From Thermoplasmata archaeon (GTDB lineage Archaea > Thermoplasmatota > UBA186 > UBA287): 64,000 nt of DNA. Location: contig WOYO01000082.1 of the NCBI GenBank assembly GCA_011620765.1, positions 8,259 to 72,258 of the forward strand. Direction: 5' to 3'. Under the pieces are notes generated by a model. The model was not told the DNA's origin, ran no database searches, and saw only the letters and a list, made by a program, of their open reading frames with translations. A program made the translations under genes and the position numbers. This document shows, piece after piece, positions 46,002-55,971 of the stretch. Each line of letters begins with the position of its first letter. Within the stretch, counting starts at the first letter, position 1.

Positions 46002-46972
46002 TAAACCTTAAACCTCTCGCACTTTATGTAATTTATCTCGCTGCCAACCGAAGCGAATAACATTTTTTTCTTAACTGTGTGAGCTACCCGGGAGGCCCTG
46101 CTTATCTCATTCCATGCAACTCTTGAGCCCTCTTTAAAACTGTGAACAAGATATGGAGCATGTATATCATCAACCCTGAAATCATAGACTCTGAAGTGCG
46201 TCCCGTACTTGAATCCTGTCTTTGGTTCATAGCCTTTATCCATGAGATCTTCATAAACCGAGTATGCAAGCTCAAAATCTTTCTGTTCTTTTTTTGCTGC
46301 TTCAAGAAAGTCATCACACCCATAGAGCTCAAGTGCGCCCTTCTTCATGAGGTAATAGGTTTCATAGAGTGAAAGCTCATATATGTTTGAGAACAGCTCT
46401 CCGAAATGCTCTATCGCATTTTCAGCGAAGATCCTGCCACCTGTGAGGTAGGCGCTCATTCTATCCTCTATTTCTCTTCCATAGTTCTGGGGTTTAAAGA
46501 GAGATAGTCTGTATGCGGTTATGTCGCACTCTTCGTCAACAATGCACACTATAAAAGATCTCTCTCTCTTGAGAAGATTTATTATGCTGCGAAAACTGAA
46601 GCGCTCACGCTCTGAAAAAACTCTGATCCTTATCGAGCGCTCCCCCCTAACAGCCTTCATTATCCTGCCAGGTTTTACTCTATAACCTCTCTTTTTCAGC
46701 TCAATGTAGACCACAGCTCTGTCCTCTATGCCCTTTTCAATCTCTGAAGCCTTTATGAGAAAGTGTAAAAGATCCCCAGAGAGCTTTCTGTGCTCAATAA
46801 GGTAAGCAGCCTCCTCAAGCTCCAGATCGAGCTTACCTTTTTTCATCTTTCCAAAACCTTCGCTGCTCAACCTCTGGGCTGTCTCTTCATCATAAACCCT
46901 TAACTTTTTACCGACGAAGTGTTTTTCTTTTTCACCCTCATTTCCGAATTTATCCGCGTTTAATTTCATGTT
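46001..46972 (-). CDS. endA: tRNA-splicing endonuclease EndA, homodimeric (two-repeat) type
   Basis: C-terminal catalytic-domain signature GFKYGTHFRVYD and a preceding degenerate repeat unit. About 323 aa from the internal ATG (track ORF 46001..47095 would overlap the HD gene). Directly upstream of trpS, a linkage seen in many archaea. Confidence 0.65.
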   Translation of the reverse strand, partial: NMKLNADKFGNEGEKEKHFVGKKLRVYDEETAQRLSSEGFGKMKKGKLDLELEEAAYLIEHRKLSGDLLHFLIKASEIEKGIEDRAVVYIELKKRGYRVKPGRIMKAVRGERSIRIRVFSERERFSFRSIINLLKRERSFIVCIVDEECDITAYRLSLFKPQNYGREIEDRMSAYLTGGRIFAENAIEHFGELFSNIYELSLYETYYLMKKGALELYGCDDFLEAAKKEQKDFELAYSVYEDLMDKGYEPKTGFKYGTHFRVYDFRVDDIHAPYLVHSFKEGSRVAWNEISRASRVAHTVKKKMLFASVGSEINYIKCERFKV

Positions 46973-47012
46973 CTTTCTCTCCTGCCCTTTATTGCCCTCT
47001 CCAGCACATTGC

Positions 47013-48128
47013 TCATATTTTTTTATAATCTTGTGATTTTTCAAATACCTCGCGGGCAACCTCTTCTCTCTTCTCTTTTGGAGCATAAACGACAAGTTTG
47101 TAGTGATCCTTCTGAGCTTTCATAAGACTGTCCGCAAGTGTGGACACCTCGCCTATCCTCCTTTTACCCTGGGCTGTCATAACCTCAACATCCATTTCAC
47201 GCCAGATTGGTGGTTCTATTATATCTACTATGGCTTCCTGGGTTATGGCACATACTTTATCCTGTATTTCTTTCATCATTTTCCTGTTTTCATGGTCGTG
47301 TGTGAAGGTATAGGCTATTTTGTAGAGATCCCTTCTTTCAATTCTTTTCCAAAGCTTATTTTTTCTTGCTCTCAGGAGTGCTATCAAAGAGATATCATCC
47401 ATTCCCATGAGGTTTTTCATATCATTATTCATCTCTTCTTCTATAGCTTTTTCCAGCATGACTGCAGCGAGCCTTACAGTGTGGTGATAATAGACAGTGG
47501 GATACATCAGGGATCTGAAAACAAGTATGGATTCCACTGTGGCAATGCAGTTTTCATCAACAACAACCTTATTTTTAAGGATCTTTGTGCCTGTGAGCAG
47601 TCTTCCAATATCTATGTGCCCGAAATTTGCACCTGTATAATATGAATCCCTCATAAGATAGTCAAGTCTATCCACATCAAGAGAACCTGAGAGCAAACAC
47701 CCATAGGGTGGTTTCCCCCGTATAGTGTCTGTTATCCTTTTGGGATCAAGTCCTGTATCGTCCAGTATATCTCTGAGTTCACTGTCCTCAATAATGGCGC
47801 ATGATGCCTCAACATGGTTATAACCCCTCTTTTTAGCCACAGAGTCAGAAATGTGTGAGAAAGGTCCATGCCCGATATCATGCAAAAGCGCTGCGGCCAT
47901 AAATTCTTCTCTATGCTTTATGCATAGAGCATCAGCAAAGCTCTTGGCTAGATTATATGCGCCCAGAGAGTGCTCAAAACGCGTGTGGTTTGCTCCCGGG
48001 TAAACAAGACCTGCAGTGCCCAATTGCTTTATGTATCTAATCCTCTGCACATAAGGGCTATCCACAATTTTTACGAATGGGTCTTCCAGAAGGATATAGC
48101 TATGGATAGGGTCCTTTATTCTTTTCAC
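47013..48128 (-). CDS. HD-domain phosphohydrolase (dGTPase/SAMHD1-like family)
   Basis: RFEHSLGAYNLA...AALLHDIGHGPFSH...DRLDYLMRDSYYTG, the HD metal-binding motifs. Confidence 0.75.
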   Translation of the reverse strand: MKRIKDPIHSYILLEDPFVKIVDSPYVQRIRYIKQLGTAGLVYPGANHTRFEHSLGAYNLAKSFADALCIKHREEFMAAALLHDIGHGPFSHISDSVAKKRGYNHVEASCAIIEDSELRDILDDTGLDPKRITDTIRGKPPYGCLLSGSLDVDRLDYLMRDSYYTGANFGHIDIGRLLTGTKILKNKVVVDENCIATVESILVFRSLMYPTVYYHHTVRLAAVMLEKAIEEEMNNDMKNLMGMDDISLIALLRARKNKLWKRIERRDLYKIAYTFTHDHENRKMMKEIQDKVCAITQEAIVDIIEPPIWREMDVEVMTAQGKRRIGEVSTLADSLMKAQKDHYKLVVYAPKEKREEVAREVFEKSQDYKKI

Positions 48129-48256
48129 AAGTGTTATGTTTTTTGCTATATATTAAATTAAAGCTTTTCCTATCTTCTGTAACACATTTTTGTTGTTTGA
48201 GCCTGTGATCTCTGGAGTAAAGTAAAAAAGAAATATGAGGTACCCTTTTCACCTAT

Positions 48257-48541
48257 GTGAGCATAAAGAGACTTGTACTTGACGTCTTAAAACCACATAC
48301 ACCGGGGGTAATAGAGCTAGCAGAAGAGCTGAGTAAGATCCCTGAGGTTAGTGGAGTAAACATATCTCTTTCCGAGGTGGATCAGGAAACAGATACCGTA
48401 AAGATTGTTATAGAAGGCACGGCAATAGATTATGAAGAGGTCAAAAGCGTTCTTGCCGCTTTTGATGCTGTGGTGCACTCTGTAGACAATGTTGCTGCGG
48501 GCCAGAGGATAGTTGAGGATGTGGAAACCCCTCAGGATTAG
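48257..48541 (+). CDS. DUF211-family archaeal protein
   Basis: N-terminus MSIKRLVLDVLKPHTPGVIELAEEL matches the DUF211 signature (IRRLVLDVLKPH.P). Confidence 0.6.
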   Translation: MSIKRLVLDVLKPHTPGVIELAEELSKIPEVSGVNISLSEVDQETDTVKIVIEGTAIDYEEVKSVLAAFDAVVHSVDNVAAGQRIVEDVETPQD

Positions 48542-48571
48542 GGAATAAATATTTAACTGAAAAAATCAATA

Positions 48572-50503
48572 ATGGAGATTGAAATGGAAGAAACGATAGA
48601 AGAGTGGATAAAGCATCAGCAGTTTGAGACAACAGCAGAAATAGAGATACCACAACTTCAGGTGGATCAGGTTATAGGTCAGGAAGATGCTGTGGAGGTT
48701 GTGAAAAAAGCTGCATCGCAGAGAAGAAATGTCCTTCTGATAGGAGATCCTGGTACAGGAAAGAGCATGCTTGCCAGAGCGATGACCGAGCTTTTGCCCT
48801 CTGAAGAGCTGGAGGATATTATTGTTTATCCGAACCCTGAGGATCCAGACATGCCTAAGGTGAGAGTTGTACCTGCAGGAAAAGGGAGAGAAATAGTTGA
48901 CAGTTACAAGGAAAAGGCCCGTCAGGCAAGAGGCTCCAGGGACTGGATATTCACAACACTTATGGTTTTTACTGTTATCTTTTCGATCGTTGCTTTTGTG
49001 ATCTACCAGAGCATAGAGGTGATATTCATGGCTCTCATGATATTCCTAATGGTGATGTTGATGTCAAATTTCACCAGGAGAGGGCCTAACATGATGATAC
49101 CAAAGCTTCTTGTCTCTCACAAGCTTGGAGAAAAAGCGCCGTTTGTAGATGCTACGGGCTCGCGTTCTGGCGCTTTGCTGGGTGATGTGAGACATGATCC
49201 CTATCAGTCAGGTGGTCTGGAAACGCCAGCGCATGAGCGTGTTGAGCCTGGCGATATACACAGGGCTCATAAGGGTGTGTTGTACATAGATGAGATAGGC
49301 ACAATGGATCTTGACACCCAGCAGCATCTCTTAACTGCAATGCAGGAAAAGGAGTTTCCGATAACTGGCCAGAGCGAGAGGAGCGCTGGAGCGCTAGTAA
49401 AAACAGAGCCTGTGCCATGCGATTTTATACTGGTGGCTGCGGGAAACCTTCAAACGATAGAGCACCTGCATCCAGCGCTGCGCTCAAGGATAAAGGGTTA
49501 CGGCTACGAAGTTTACATGAATAGTGAAATGGACGATAGTGAGGAGAACAGAAGAAATCTTATACAATTTGTGGCCCAGGAAGTGGCAAAGGACAAAAAG
49601 ATCCCCCACTTCAAAAAAGAGGCTGTTGCCGAGATAATCAAAGAAGCGCAGAGAAGGGGAGGGAGAAAAGGAAAGCTAACTATGAGACTCAGGGAGCTCG
49701 GTGGGCTTGTGCGGGTTGCAGGCGATATTGCGGTGGAGCAGAAAAAGCAGTTTGTAGAACTTGAGGATGTCCTGAAAGCAAAGATGATAGCTAGGCCTCT
49801 GGAGCAGCAAGTGGTGGATAAGTATATAGAAAGGATGAATGACTACAGCACCATACGCACAGGAGGTGCAGAGATCGGCATAGTCAATGGCCTTGCGGTT
49901 ATGGGAAGTGATACAGGATTAAATGAGCTTTCAGGAATAGTTATGCCTATAGTCGCTGAAGTGACTCCTTCACAATCAAGTGAAGAGGGCAGGATAATAG
50001 CTACAGGTAAACTTGGGGAAATAGCAAAAGAAGCTGTGCAGAACGTTAGCGCTGTTATAAAAAAGATCGCAGGCAAAGATCTATCAAAGTATGACATACA
50101 CATTCAATTCATCGGAACTTATGAAGGCGTTGAGGGTGATAGTGCCAGCGTCTCCATAGCAACAGCCGTTATTTCCTCTCTGGAAAGCGTTCCGGTGGAT
50201 CAATCTATGGCAATGACTGGCTCACTCTCTGTGCGTGGAGAAATTTTGCCTGTTGGTGGGGTGAGTGCTAAGATAGAGGCAGCTATAAAGGCAGGGCTGA
50301 AGAAAGTTCTTATACCGGAAAGCAACATAAATGATGTGATGCTCGAATCAACATATGAGAACAGAATAGATATCATTCCTGTGAAGACGATAAAGGACGT
50401 GCTTGAAGCTTCTCTGGTTGGATCAAAGAAAAGAGGGATACTCAGCAGGATATCAAAGTTCTTGCCCACGATACAGCCTGACCTTCCAGTAACAAATCCT
50501 TAA
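48572..50503 (+). CDS. lonB: archaeal membrane-anchored Lon protease LonB
   Basis: Walker A GDPGTGKSMLA, two TM helices inserted in the AAA+ module (IFTTLMVFTVIFSIVAFVIY...), Lon proteolytic domain with Ser-Lys dyad region (MTGSLSVRGEILPVGGVSAKIEAA). Confidence 0.9.
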   Translation: MEIEMEETIEEWIKHQQFETTAEIEIPQLQVDQVIGQEDAVEVVKKAASQRRNVLLIGDPGTGKSMLARAMTELLPSEELEDIIVYPNPEDPDMPKVRVVPAGKGREIVDSYKEKARQARGSRDWIFTTLMVFTVIFSIVAFVIYQSIEVIFMALMIFLMVMLMSNFTRRGPNMMIPKLLVSHKLGEKAPFVDATGSRSGALLGDVRHDPYQSGGLETPAHERVEPGDIHRAHKGVLYIDEIGTMDLDTQQHLLTAMQEKEFPITGQSERSAGALVKTEPVPCDFILVAAGNLQTIEHLHPALRSRIKGYGYEVYMNSEMDDSEENRRNLIQFVAQEVAKDKKIPHFKKEAVAEIIKEAQRRGGRKGKLTMRLRELGGLVRVAGDIAVEQKKQFVELEDVLKAKMIARPLEQQVVDKYIERMNDYSTIRTGGAEIGIVNGLAVMGSDTGLNELSGIVMPIVAEVTPSQSSEEGRIIATGKLGEIAKEAVQNVSAVIKKIAGKDLSKYDIHIQFIGTYEGVEGDSASVSIATAVISSLESVPVDQSMAMTGSLSVRGEILPVGGVSAKIEAAIKAGLKKVLIPESNINDVMLESTYENRIDIIPVKTIKDVLEASLVGSKKRGILSRISKFLPTIQPDLPVTNP

Positions 50504-50526
50504 ATAAGCGTTGATGCATTACCCAT

Positions 50527-50679
50527 ATGGCTAGATTTCCTGAAGCAACAGAGAGGGTTTTAAACAGGAAGGTTTGTATGAAATGCTCTGCCACAAACTC
50601 TGTTAGAGCAAAGAGATGCAGAAGGTGTGGTAGCAAAGAGTTGAGATTAAAGTCTAAAGAGATCAAGGCTAAAGGCTGA
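50527..50679 (+). CDS. rpl40e: 50S ribosomal protein L40e (50 aa); not in the supplied ORF track
   Basis: Hand translation: [50 protein letters not shown] then stop. C4 zinc ribbon of L40e. The stop TGA shares its A with the pheT ATG (TGATG). Confidence 0.8.
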   Translation: MARFPEATERVLNRKVCMKCSATNSVRAKRCRRCGSKELRLKSKEIKAKG

Positions 50680-52244
50680 TGGTTACTCTTCACGTGCCTA
50701 TTGAGAAACTTTCCTTAAGCAAGCCTCAAATAGAGGAGGGCTTGAGGAACATTGGGTGCTCTATTGAAGGAGGAGGTATCGAAATAAACCCGAATAGGCC
50801 TGACCTCTTCTCAAGAATAGGTATAGAAAGAGCTCTGAAGCATTACTTTTTCAGGGAGCTTACGGATTACACGATTGAAAGGCCCAAAATAGAATGCTAC
50901 GCAGATGAGGTTGCTGTTAGACCATTCATAGTGTGTGCTGTGGTGAGGGGTGTGAGACTTGATGATGAAAATATAAGGGAGTTGATAGAGCTGCAAGAGC
51001 TTCTTCACCTTACCTTAGGGAGGAACAGACGATTTGCTGCGATAGGGCTGCATGATCTGGATGATGTATCACCACCTTTTTATTATAAAAGCGCACCGGA
51101 AAGCAGGAGTTTTACCCCTCTGGGGAGTTATAGAGAAATGAGCATAAAAGAGATCCTTGAAAAGAATGAGAAAGGAGCAGAATTCAAGCATCTTGTTGAG
51201 AATGATAAAAGGTTGTATCCTCTTCTTGAGGACGCTGAAGGAAAAGTTCTGTCAATGCCACCGATAATCAACGGTAACGTAACAGCACTCAAAGAATCAA
51301 CAAAGAATCTGTTCATTGATGTTACGGGAATAACAGAGCATGTGCCCTACACAGTTATAAACCTTTTAGTTTGTGACCTCCTTGATAGATTCAAAGACGC
51401 TAAAGCAGAGAAAGTCAGGGTGATAGGGAAGGAGACAGGAGAGTATCCTGATCTTACCAGAGTAAAATGGAGTATAAATTTAAGAGAGGCAGAAAGAATT
51501 ACAGGGATAAAGATGAGCACTGAAGAAGCAATAGATTCTTTAGAAAAGATGGGGCATATAGCATATGGCGATGGAAATGAAAAATTGTGCGTAGAGGTGC
51601 CATGTTACAGGAGCGATATAATGCACCCATACGATATATTTGAAGAGCTCGCTATTGGGTACGGCTATGGTAGAATAAAGGAAAAGCTGCCAGAGAGCTG
51701 GACCCCAGGGAAGAAAAGGTTCAGAACCAGAGATATACTGAGAGAGATATTTACAGGCATGGGCTTTATAGAGGCTACCACACTAAACCTGAGCTCTGAA
51801 GAAGAGCAGCTGGAGCTTATGAACTTAAAGACAAAAGAAACTGTTGAGATCCTGAACCCTGTCTCGAATCTATCCATACTCCGTTTCTGGCTCATACCCT
51901 CTCTGCTCTCAATACTCAGAGCTAATAAGCATAACCCGCTGCCGCAGAGGGTGTTTGAATGTGATCAGCTCTATGATAGAGAGCATGCTGCCTGCCTCAT
52001 AGAGAGCACCAGCGCAGACTTTAAGGAGATAAAATCTATATCTGAAGCCATATTCCATGCGCTCAACATTGAGGTTTCTTATTTGAGTGAATCTCACCCC
52101 TCCTTTATAAAAGGAAGGTGTGCCGTGATCGTTAAGGATAATGAAAAAGCAGGGATTATAGGAGAGCTGCACCCCTCAGTGCTGAGAAACTTTCAGCTTG
52201 AAACACCCGTGTGCGCTTTAGAGTTGTGGGGGTTGCAAGAATGA
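50679..52244 (+). CDS. pheT: phenylalanyl-tRNA synthetase beta subunit (archaeal type)
   Basis: N-terminal B3/B4 region IEINPNRPDLFSRIGIERAL parallels the archaeal PheT EVTPDRVDLLSEEGLARAL block. 521 aa. Confidence 0.75.
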   Translation: MVTLHVPIEKLSLSKPQIEEGLRNIGCSIEGGGIEINPNRPDLFSRIGIERALKHYFFRELTDYTIERPKIECYADEVAVRPFIVCAVVRGVRLDDENIRELIELQELLHLTLGRNRRFAAIGLHDLDDVSPPFYYKSAPESRSFTPLGSYREMSIKEILEKNEKGAEFKHLVENDKRLYPLLEDAEGKVLSMPPIINGNVTALKESTKNLFIDVTGITEHVPYTVINLLVCDLLDRFKDAKAEKVRVIGKETGEYPDLTRVKWSINLREAERITGIKMSTEEAIDSLEKMGHIAYGDGNEKLCVEVPCYRSDIMHPYDIFEELAIGYGYGRIKEKLPESWTPGKKRFRTRDILREIFTGMGFIEATTLNLSSEEEQLELMNLKTKETVEILNPVSNLSILRFWLIPSLLSILRANKHNPLPQRVFECDQLYDREHAACLIESTSADFKEIKSISEAIFHALNIEVSYLSESHPSFIKGRCAVIVKDNEKAGIIGELHPSVLRNFQLETPVCALELWGLQE

Positions 52245-52876
52245 AGGTGAATGTGATAGAGACGCCGTTAATACTGCATGAGCTTACAAAGATAAGGGAT
52301 AGGCACACAGGGGGCATAGCTTTCAGAAAAGGCTTAACCCATATAGGAAGATACTTTGGTTATGAGATAACAAAGAGCTTTGCTTATAAAGAAAAGGAGG
52401 TGGATACACCGTTGGGAGCGGCAAAGGGTATAGAGATAGAGGACATGAAAAATGTGCTCATGGTTAATGTCCTCAGAGCCTCAATGCCTCTGGTTGATGG
52501 TTTCCTCAAGGTTTTTCCTGATGCAAGGGTTGGGATAGTAAGCGCTTTCCGTGGTTCCCCACCGAATTTTGAGATAAGCATCGATTACATTCGCGTTCCA
52601 AAGATAAAAAAGGAGGATATAGTCATTGTCGCGGATCCCATGGTCGCAACAGGGTCAACTATGATAAGGGTTCTCAGAGAGCTTAAGCGATTTGGGGAAC
52701 CAAAGAGAGAGATCATTGCATGCGTGATAACAACACAATACGCGATAGAGAGGCTTGAGAATGAATATCCCAGCGTAGAGCTATACACCGCAGCCATAGA
52801 TCCAGAGATTGATGAGCATGGCTACATAATCCCAGGCCTGGGAGATGCTGGGGATAGGGCTTTTTCAAAGGCTTAA
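52241..52876 (+). CDS. upp: uracil phosphoribosyltransferase
   Basis: PRPP-binding motif VIVADPMVATGSTM and UPRT uracil-binding region YIIPGLGDAGDR. ATGA overlap with the pheT stop. Confidence 0.85.
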   Translation: MKVNVIETPLILHELTKIRDRHTGGIAFRKGLTHIGRYFGYEITKSFAYKEKEVDTPLGAAKGIEIEDMKNVLMVNVLRASMPLVDGFLKVFPDARVGIVSAFRGSPPNFEISIDYIRVPKIKKEDIVIVADPMVATGSTMIRVLRELKRFGEPKREIIACVITTQYAIERLENEYPSVELYTAAIDPEIDEHGYIIPGLGDAGDRAFSKA

Positions 52877-53440
52877 GATCAGAGAGATGACCAGGCCTAT
52901 AAAAATGAAAAGAATAAAAGGTATTTTTGGGGTTACAAGAGTTTTTGCTCCTTCCTTTTTATAGACCCAATATTTCCTTTCATCAAATTCTTCTTTTTCT
53001 ATAGCTAAGAAAGCATCCGGCAGCTTTCTCATGCCATTTTTCATGTTGTATATGAAAAGAGCTAATGGCACCATCAGCGCAGCGAGAGAGGCAATCAGAA
53101 GCACGGAAAGTGAAAAAAAGATGGGATAGCTCTTAACTGGCCATTCTGGCATCATTATTGAGAGGGAGATCAACGCCTTTGCATCAGCTCCGCCATAGAG
53201 GCCATGTTTAAAACCAAAGCGTTGAAGAAAAAGCCCCATATAGTAGAGAAGTAAAGCAAAAAGAGACATAAAGACTATGGAGACAGCAGTATAAGCATTC
53301 AGACGGGGGATAAGAAGAGGAATAGCTATCAGCACCATTATTCTCCATACCCAGTTGCTAACTCTTCTGCTTTTTATGTCTGAGTATGTGGCGTATCCTA
53401 AAAAGACTATGGAGACTATAACAGCAATAAGGTCTATCAT
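52865..53440 (-). CDS. A24-family prepilin/preflagellin peptidase (membrane aspartyl protease)
   Basis: Two catalytic-Asp motifs in the membrane context: YSDIKSRRVSN and GGADAKAL. 5-6 TM helices. Confidence 0.6.
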   Translation of the reverse strand: MIDLIAVIVSIVFLGYATYSDIKSRRVSNWVWRIMVLIAIPLLIPRLNAYTAVSIVFMSLFALLLYYMGLFLQRFGFKHGLYGGADAKALISLSIMMPEWPVKSYPIFFSLSVLLIASLAALMVPLALFIYNMKNGMRKLPDAFLAIEKEEFDERKYWVYKKEGAKTLVTPKIPFILFIFIGLVISLILSL

Positions 53441-53497
53441 AAAAAAAGAAAGGTGTTAGGGGTTTCTATCCTTTACGGTTTTTATAACATCAGTGAT

Positions 53498-54772
53498 CTA
53501 TGGAAATACTCCCCTGACCTTTATTGCATCAGCTATCCGCTCTATTGCCAGTATGTATGCAGCATCTCTCATTCCAACCTTGTGCTCTTCAGAGTATTGC
53601 AGGCAGTCATAGAAGCTTTCGAGCATTATTGCTTCAAGCTTTTCATTAACCTCCGCTTCTTTCCAGTATAAGCTTTCCCTGTTCTGAACCCACTCAAAGT
53701 AGCTAACTGTGACCCCACCTGCATTTGCCAGGATATCCGGAACTATGAAAACTCCCTTTTCTAGAAGGATCTTTTCGCCTTCAGGTGTTGTCGGCCCGTT
53801 GGCGCCCTCAACAATAATGGGCGCTTTAATAACGTCAGCATTTGAGCTGGTGATCTGGTTTTCTTTAGCTGCAGGTATAAGAACATCGCACTCCAATGAA
53901 AACAGATCTTTCTCATTTATCTCTTCAGCCTTCGGATATCCTTTTATCATCATTTTGTTTTTGAGGGCGTATTCATAGAGATCATAGGGATCTATGCCCT
54001 CATTATTATAGAGCGCACCCGATATGTCGCTTATCCCTACTATCTTTACCCCATTATCGTGCAGAAGCTTTGCCGTCCATGATCCAACGTTTCCAAAGCC
54101 CTGGACCACCGCTCTAGCTCCTTTTTCGTTTATTCCTTTTTTCTTCAGAGCCTCACGTGTGCAGAACATAACGCCTCTTCCGGTAGCACTGGTTCTACCC
54201 CGGCTTCCTCCAACCCTGATTGGTTTGCCCGTAACTGCGCCATAATTATCATATCCTTTAAGCATGGAATAGGTATCCATCATCCATGCCATTATCTGTC
54301 CATCCGTCCCAATATCAGGAGCTGGTATATCCTTTTCCGGGCCTATTATGGGGACTATTTCATAAGTAAATCTCCTGGTGATCCTCTCTTTTTCTCCATC
54401 TGAAAGGAGTGTAGGATCACAGGTTACTCCGCCCTTTGCGCCTCCATACGGTATATTGACAACAGCGCACTTTATGGTCATCCATGTAGCTAAAGCTCTA
54501 ACCTCATCCATATTAACATCAGGTGCAAATCTGATGCCCCCCTTCGCAGGGCCTCTCGCTGTATTGTGCTGCACCCTGTATCCTGTGAAGATCCTGACGC
54601 TTCCATCATCCATTTTTACAGGGAAATTTACACAGAGCTCCTTCTCACAGTGCTTTAGCCAGGTCTTTACTCCATCATCCACCGAGATGTGTTCGCATGC
54701 TCTGTCTATCTGCTTCTTCGCATTTTCATATGGGTTTAGCTCTCCTGCCCCTACCATGTTTTCACCGAACAT
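53498..54772 (-). CDS. gdhA: glutamate dehydrogenase
   Basis: GPAKGGIRF, catalytic-Lys region IPYGGAKGG, and dinucleotide fold VVQGFGNVG. Hexameric GDH family, 424 aa. Confidence 0.9.
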   Translation of the reverse strand: MFGENMVGAGELNPYENAKKQIDRACEHISVDDGVKTWLKHCEKELCVNFPVKMDDGSVRIFTGYRVQHNTARGPAKGGIRFAPDVNMDEVRALATWMTIKCAVVNIPYGGAKGGVTCDPTLLSDGEKERITRRFTYEIVPIIGPEKDIPAPDIGTDGQIMAWMMDTYSMLKGYDNYGAVTGKPIRVGGSRGRTSATGRGVMFCTREALKKKGINEKGARAVVQGFGNVGSWTAKLLHDNGVKIVGISDISGALYNNEGIDPYDLYEYALKNKMMIKGYPKAEEINEKDLFSLECDVLIPAAKENQITSSNADVIKAPIIVEGANGPTTPEGEKILLEKGVFIVPDILANAGGVTVSYFEWVQNRESLYWKEAEVNEKLEAIMLESFYDCLQYSEEHKVGMRDAAYILAIERIADAIKVRGVFP

Positions 54773-54848
54773 AATCGGTTTATGCTCTTAAATACTTTTC
54801 CCGTATACAAAAGAGCAAAAGAAAAAAGATCATAGAGCAATAAAGGAT

Positions 54849-55937
54849 ATGCGCTGTCCTGTATGCACAAAGCTCTATGGAGGAAACAGCTCAGAGACAG
54901 AGGAAGAGAATGAGGAGTGTGAGATCTGTGAGGACATAGGTATAGGCGTAAGAGATCTCATAGATGCGATGCTTGAAGCCTCCATGGATTATGAATTTTC
55001 AACATTCTCTCTCGGAACAAAGATATACAGAGAAATAGAGGAGAGAGAGAAAGCGCTGGGCGCCGAGGGGAAATTCAAGAGGGAGATAAATGAGGTGCTG
55101 AGAAACGCTTTTGAAGATGCTTCCGGGAAAAGTTACGTATCTGAAGGTGAAGAGCTCTACTTTCTGGTTGACTCAAGATTTAATTGGGTCAAGCTGACCT
55201 CAAGATCTGTGTTCATATACGGGCGCTACAATAAGTTTTCAAGAGAGCTCCCCCAGACAAAGAAGATCTGCACCAGATGCCTGGGTAGAGGATGCTATTA
55301 TTGCAATGGCAAAGGAAAACTGTTCGATGAGAGCGTAGAAGAGATCATTGCACAAACTTTTATAAAGCATTTCAAAGCGGAGTCTACCAAGTTTCATGGT
55401 ATGGGGAGGGAGGACATAGACGTAAGGATGCTTGATGAAGGGAGGCCTTTTGTGATAGAGCTGGTTGAGCCAAAAATAAGATGCGTTGATCTCAATGCTC
55501 TAGAAAATGAGGTTAATGTGAGCGATAAGGTAAAGATAAGAGATCTCGCCTACTCAGATTTCACAGAGGTTGTAAGAATAAAATCCGCAAAACCGGATAA
55601 GGTCTATGTTGCAGAGATTATGTTTGATAGAGAGGTAGAGGAAAGAGAGCTCCAGAGAGCTTTAGCATACCTGGAAAACAGGGAGGTGCACCAGCGCACA
55701 CCGTTGAGGGTGGTTATGAGAAGGAGCGATATTGTAAGGATTAGAAGAGTAAAAAAGGTAGAGCTTTTGGAATTTTCTGGAACAAAGGCAGAAATAAAGA
55801 TTGAAGCTGAAAGCGGAACATATATTAAGGAGCTAATCCATGGGGATAAGGGTAGGACCGTACCCAGCCTCTCATCTCTGCTAGGTTGTGAATGCAGGGT
55901 TGAGGCTCTGGATGTCACAAAAATAGAACTCATGTAG
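54849..55937 (+). CDS. pus10: tRNA pseudouridine(54/55) synthase Pus10
   Basis: N-terminal Zn-binding Cys cluster (CPVC...CEIC), THUMP-like region, and catalytic block GREDIDVRMLDEGRPFVIEL with a second Zn ribbon CTRCLGRGCYYCNG. Confidence 0.8.
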   Translation: MRCPVCTKLYGGNSSETEEENEECEICEDIGIGVRDLIDAMLEASMDYEFSTFSLGTKIYREIEEREKALGAEGKFKREINEVLRNAFEDASGKSYVSEGEELYFLVDSRFNWVKLTSRSVFIYGRYNKFSRELPQTKKICTRCLGRGCYYCNGKGKLFDESVEEIIAQTFIKHFKAESTKFHGMGREDIDVRMLDEGRPFVIELVEPKIRCVDLNALENEVNVSDKVKIRDLAYSDFTEVVRIKSAKPDKVYVAEIMFDREVEERELQRALAYLENREVHQRTPLRVVMRRSDIVRIRRVKKVELLEFSGTKAEIKIEAESGTYIKELIHGDKGRTVPSLSSLLGCECRVEALDVTKIELM

Positions 55938-55971
55938 GAGGAGAGTACACCAAAGGAAAGGAGGAGTAAGT

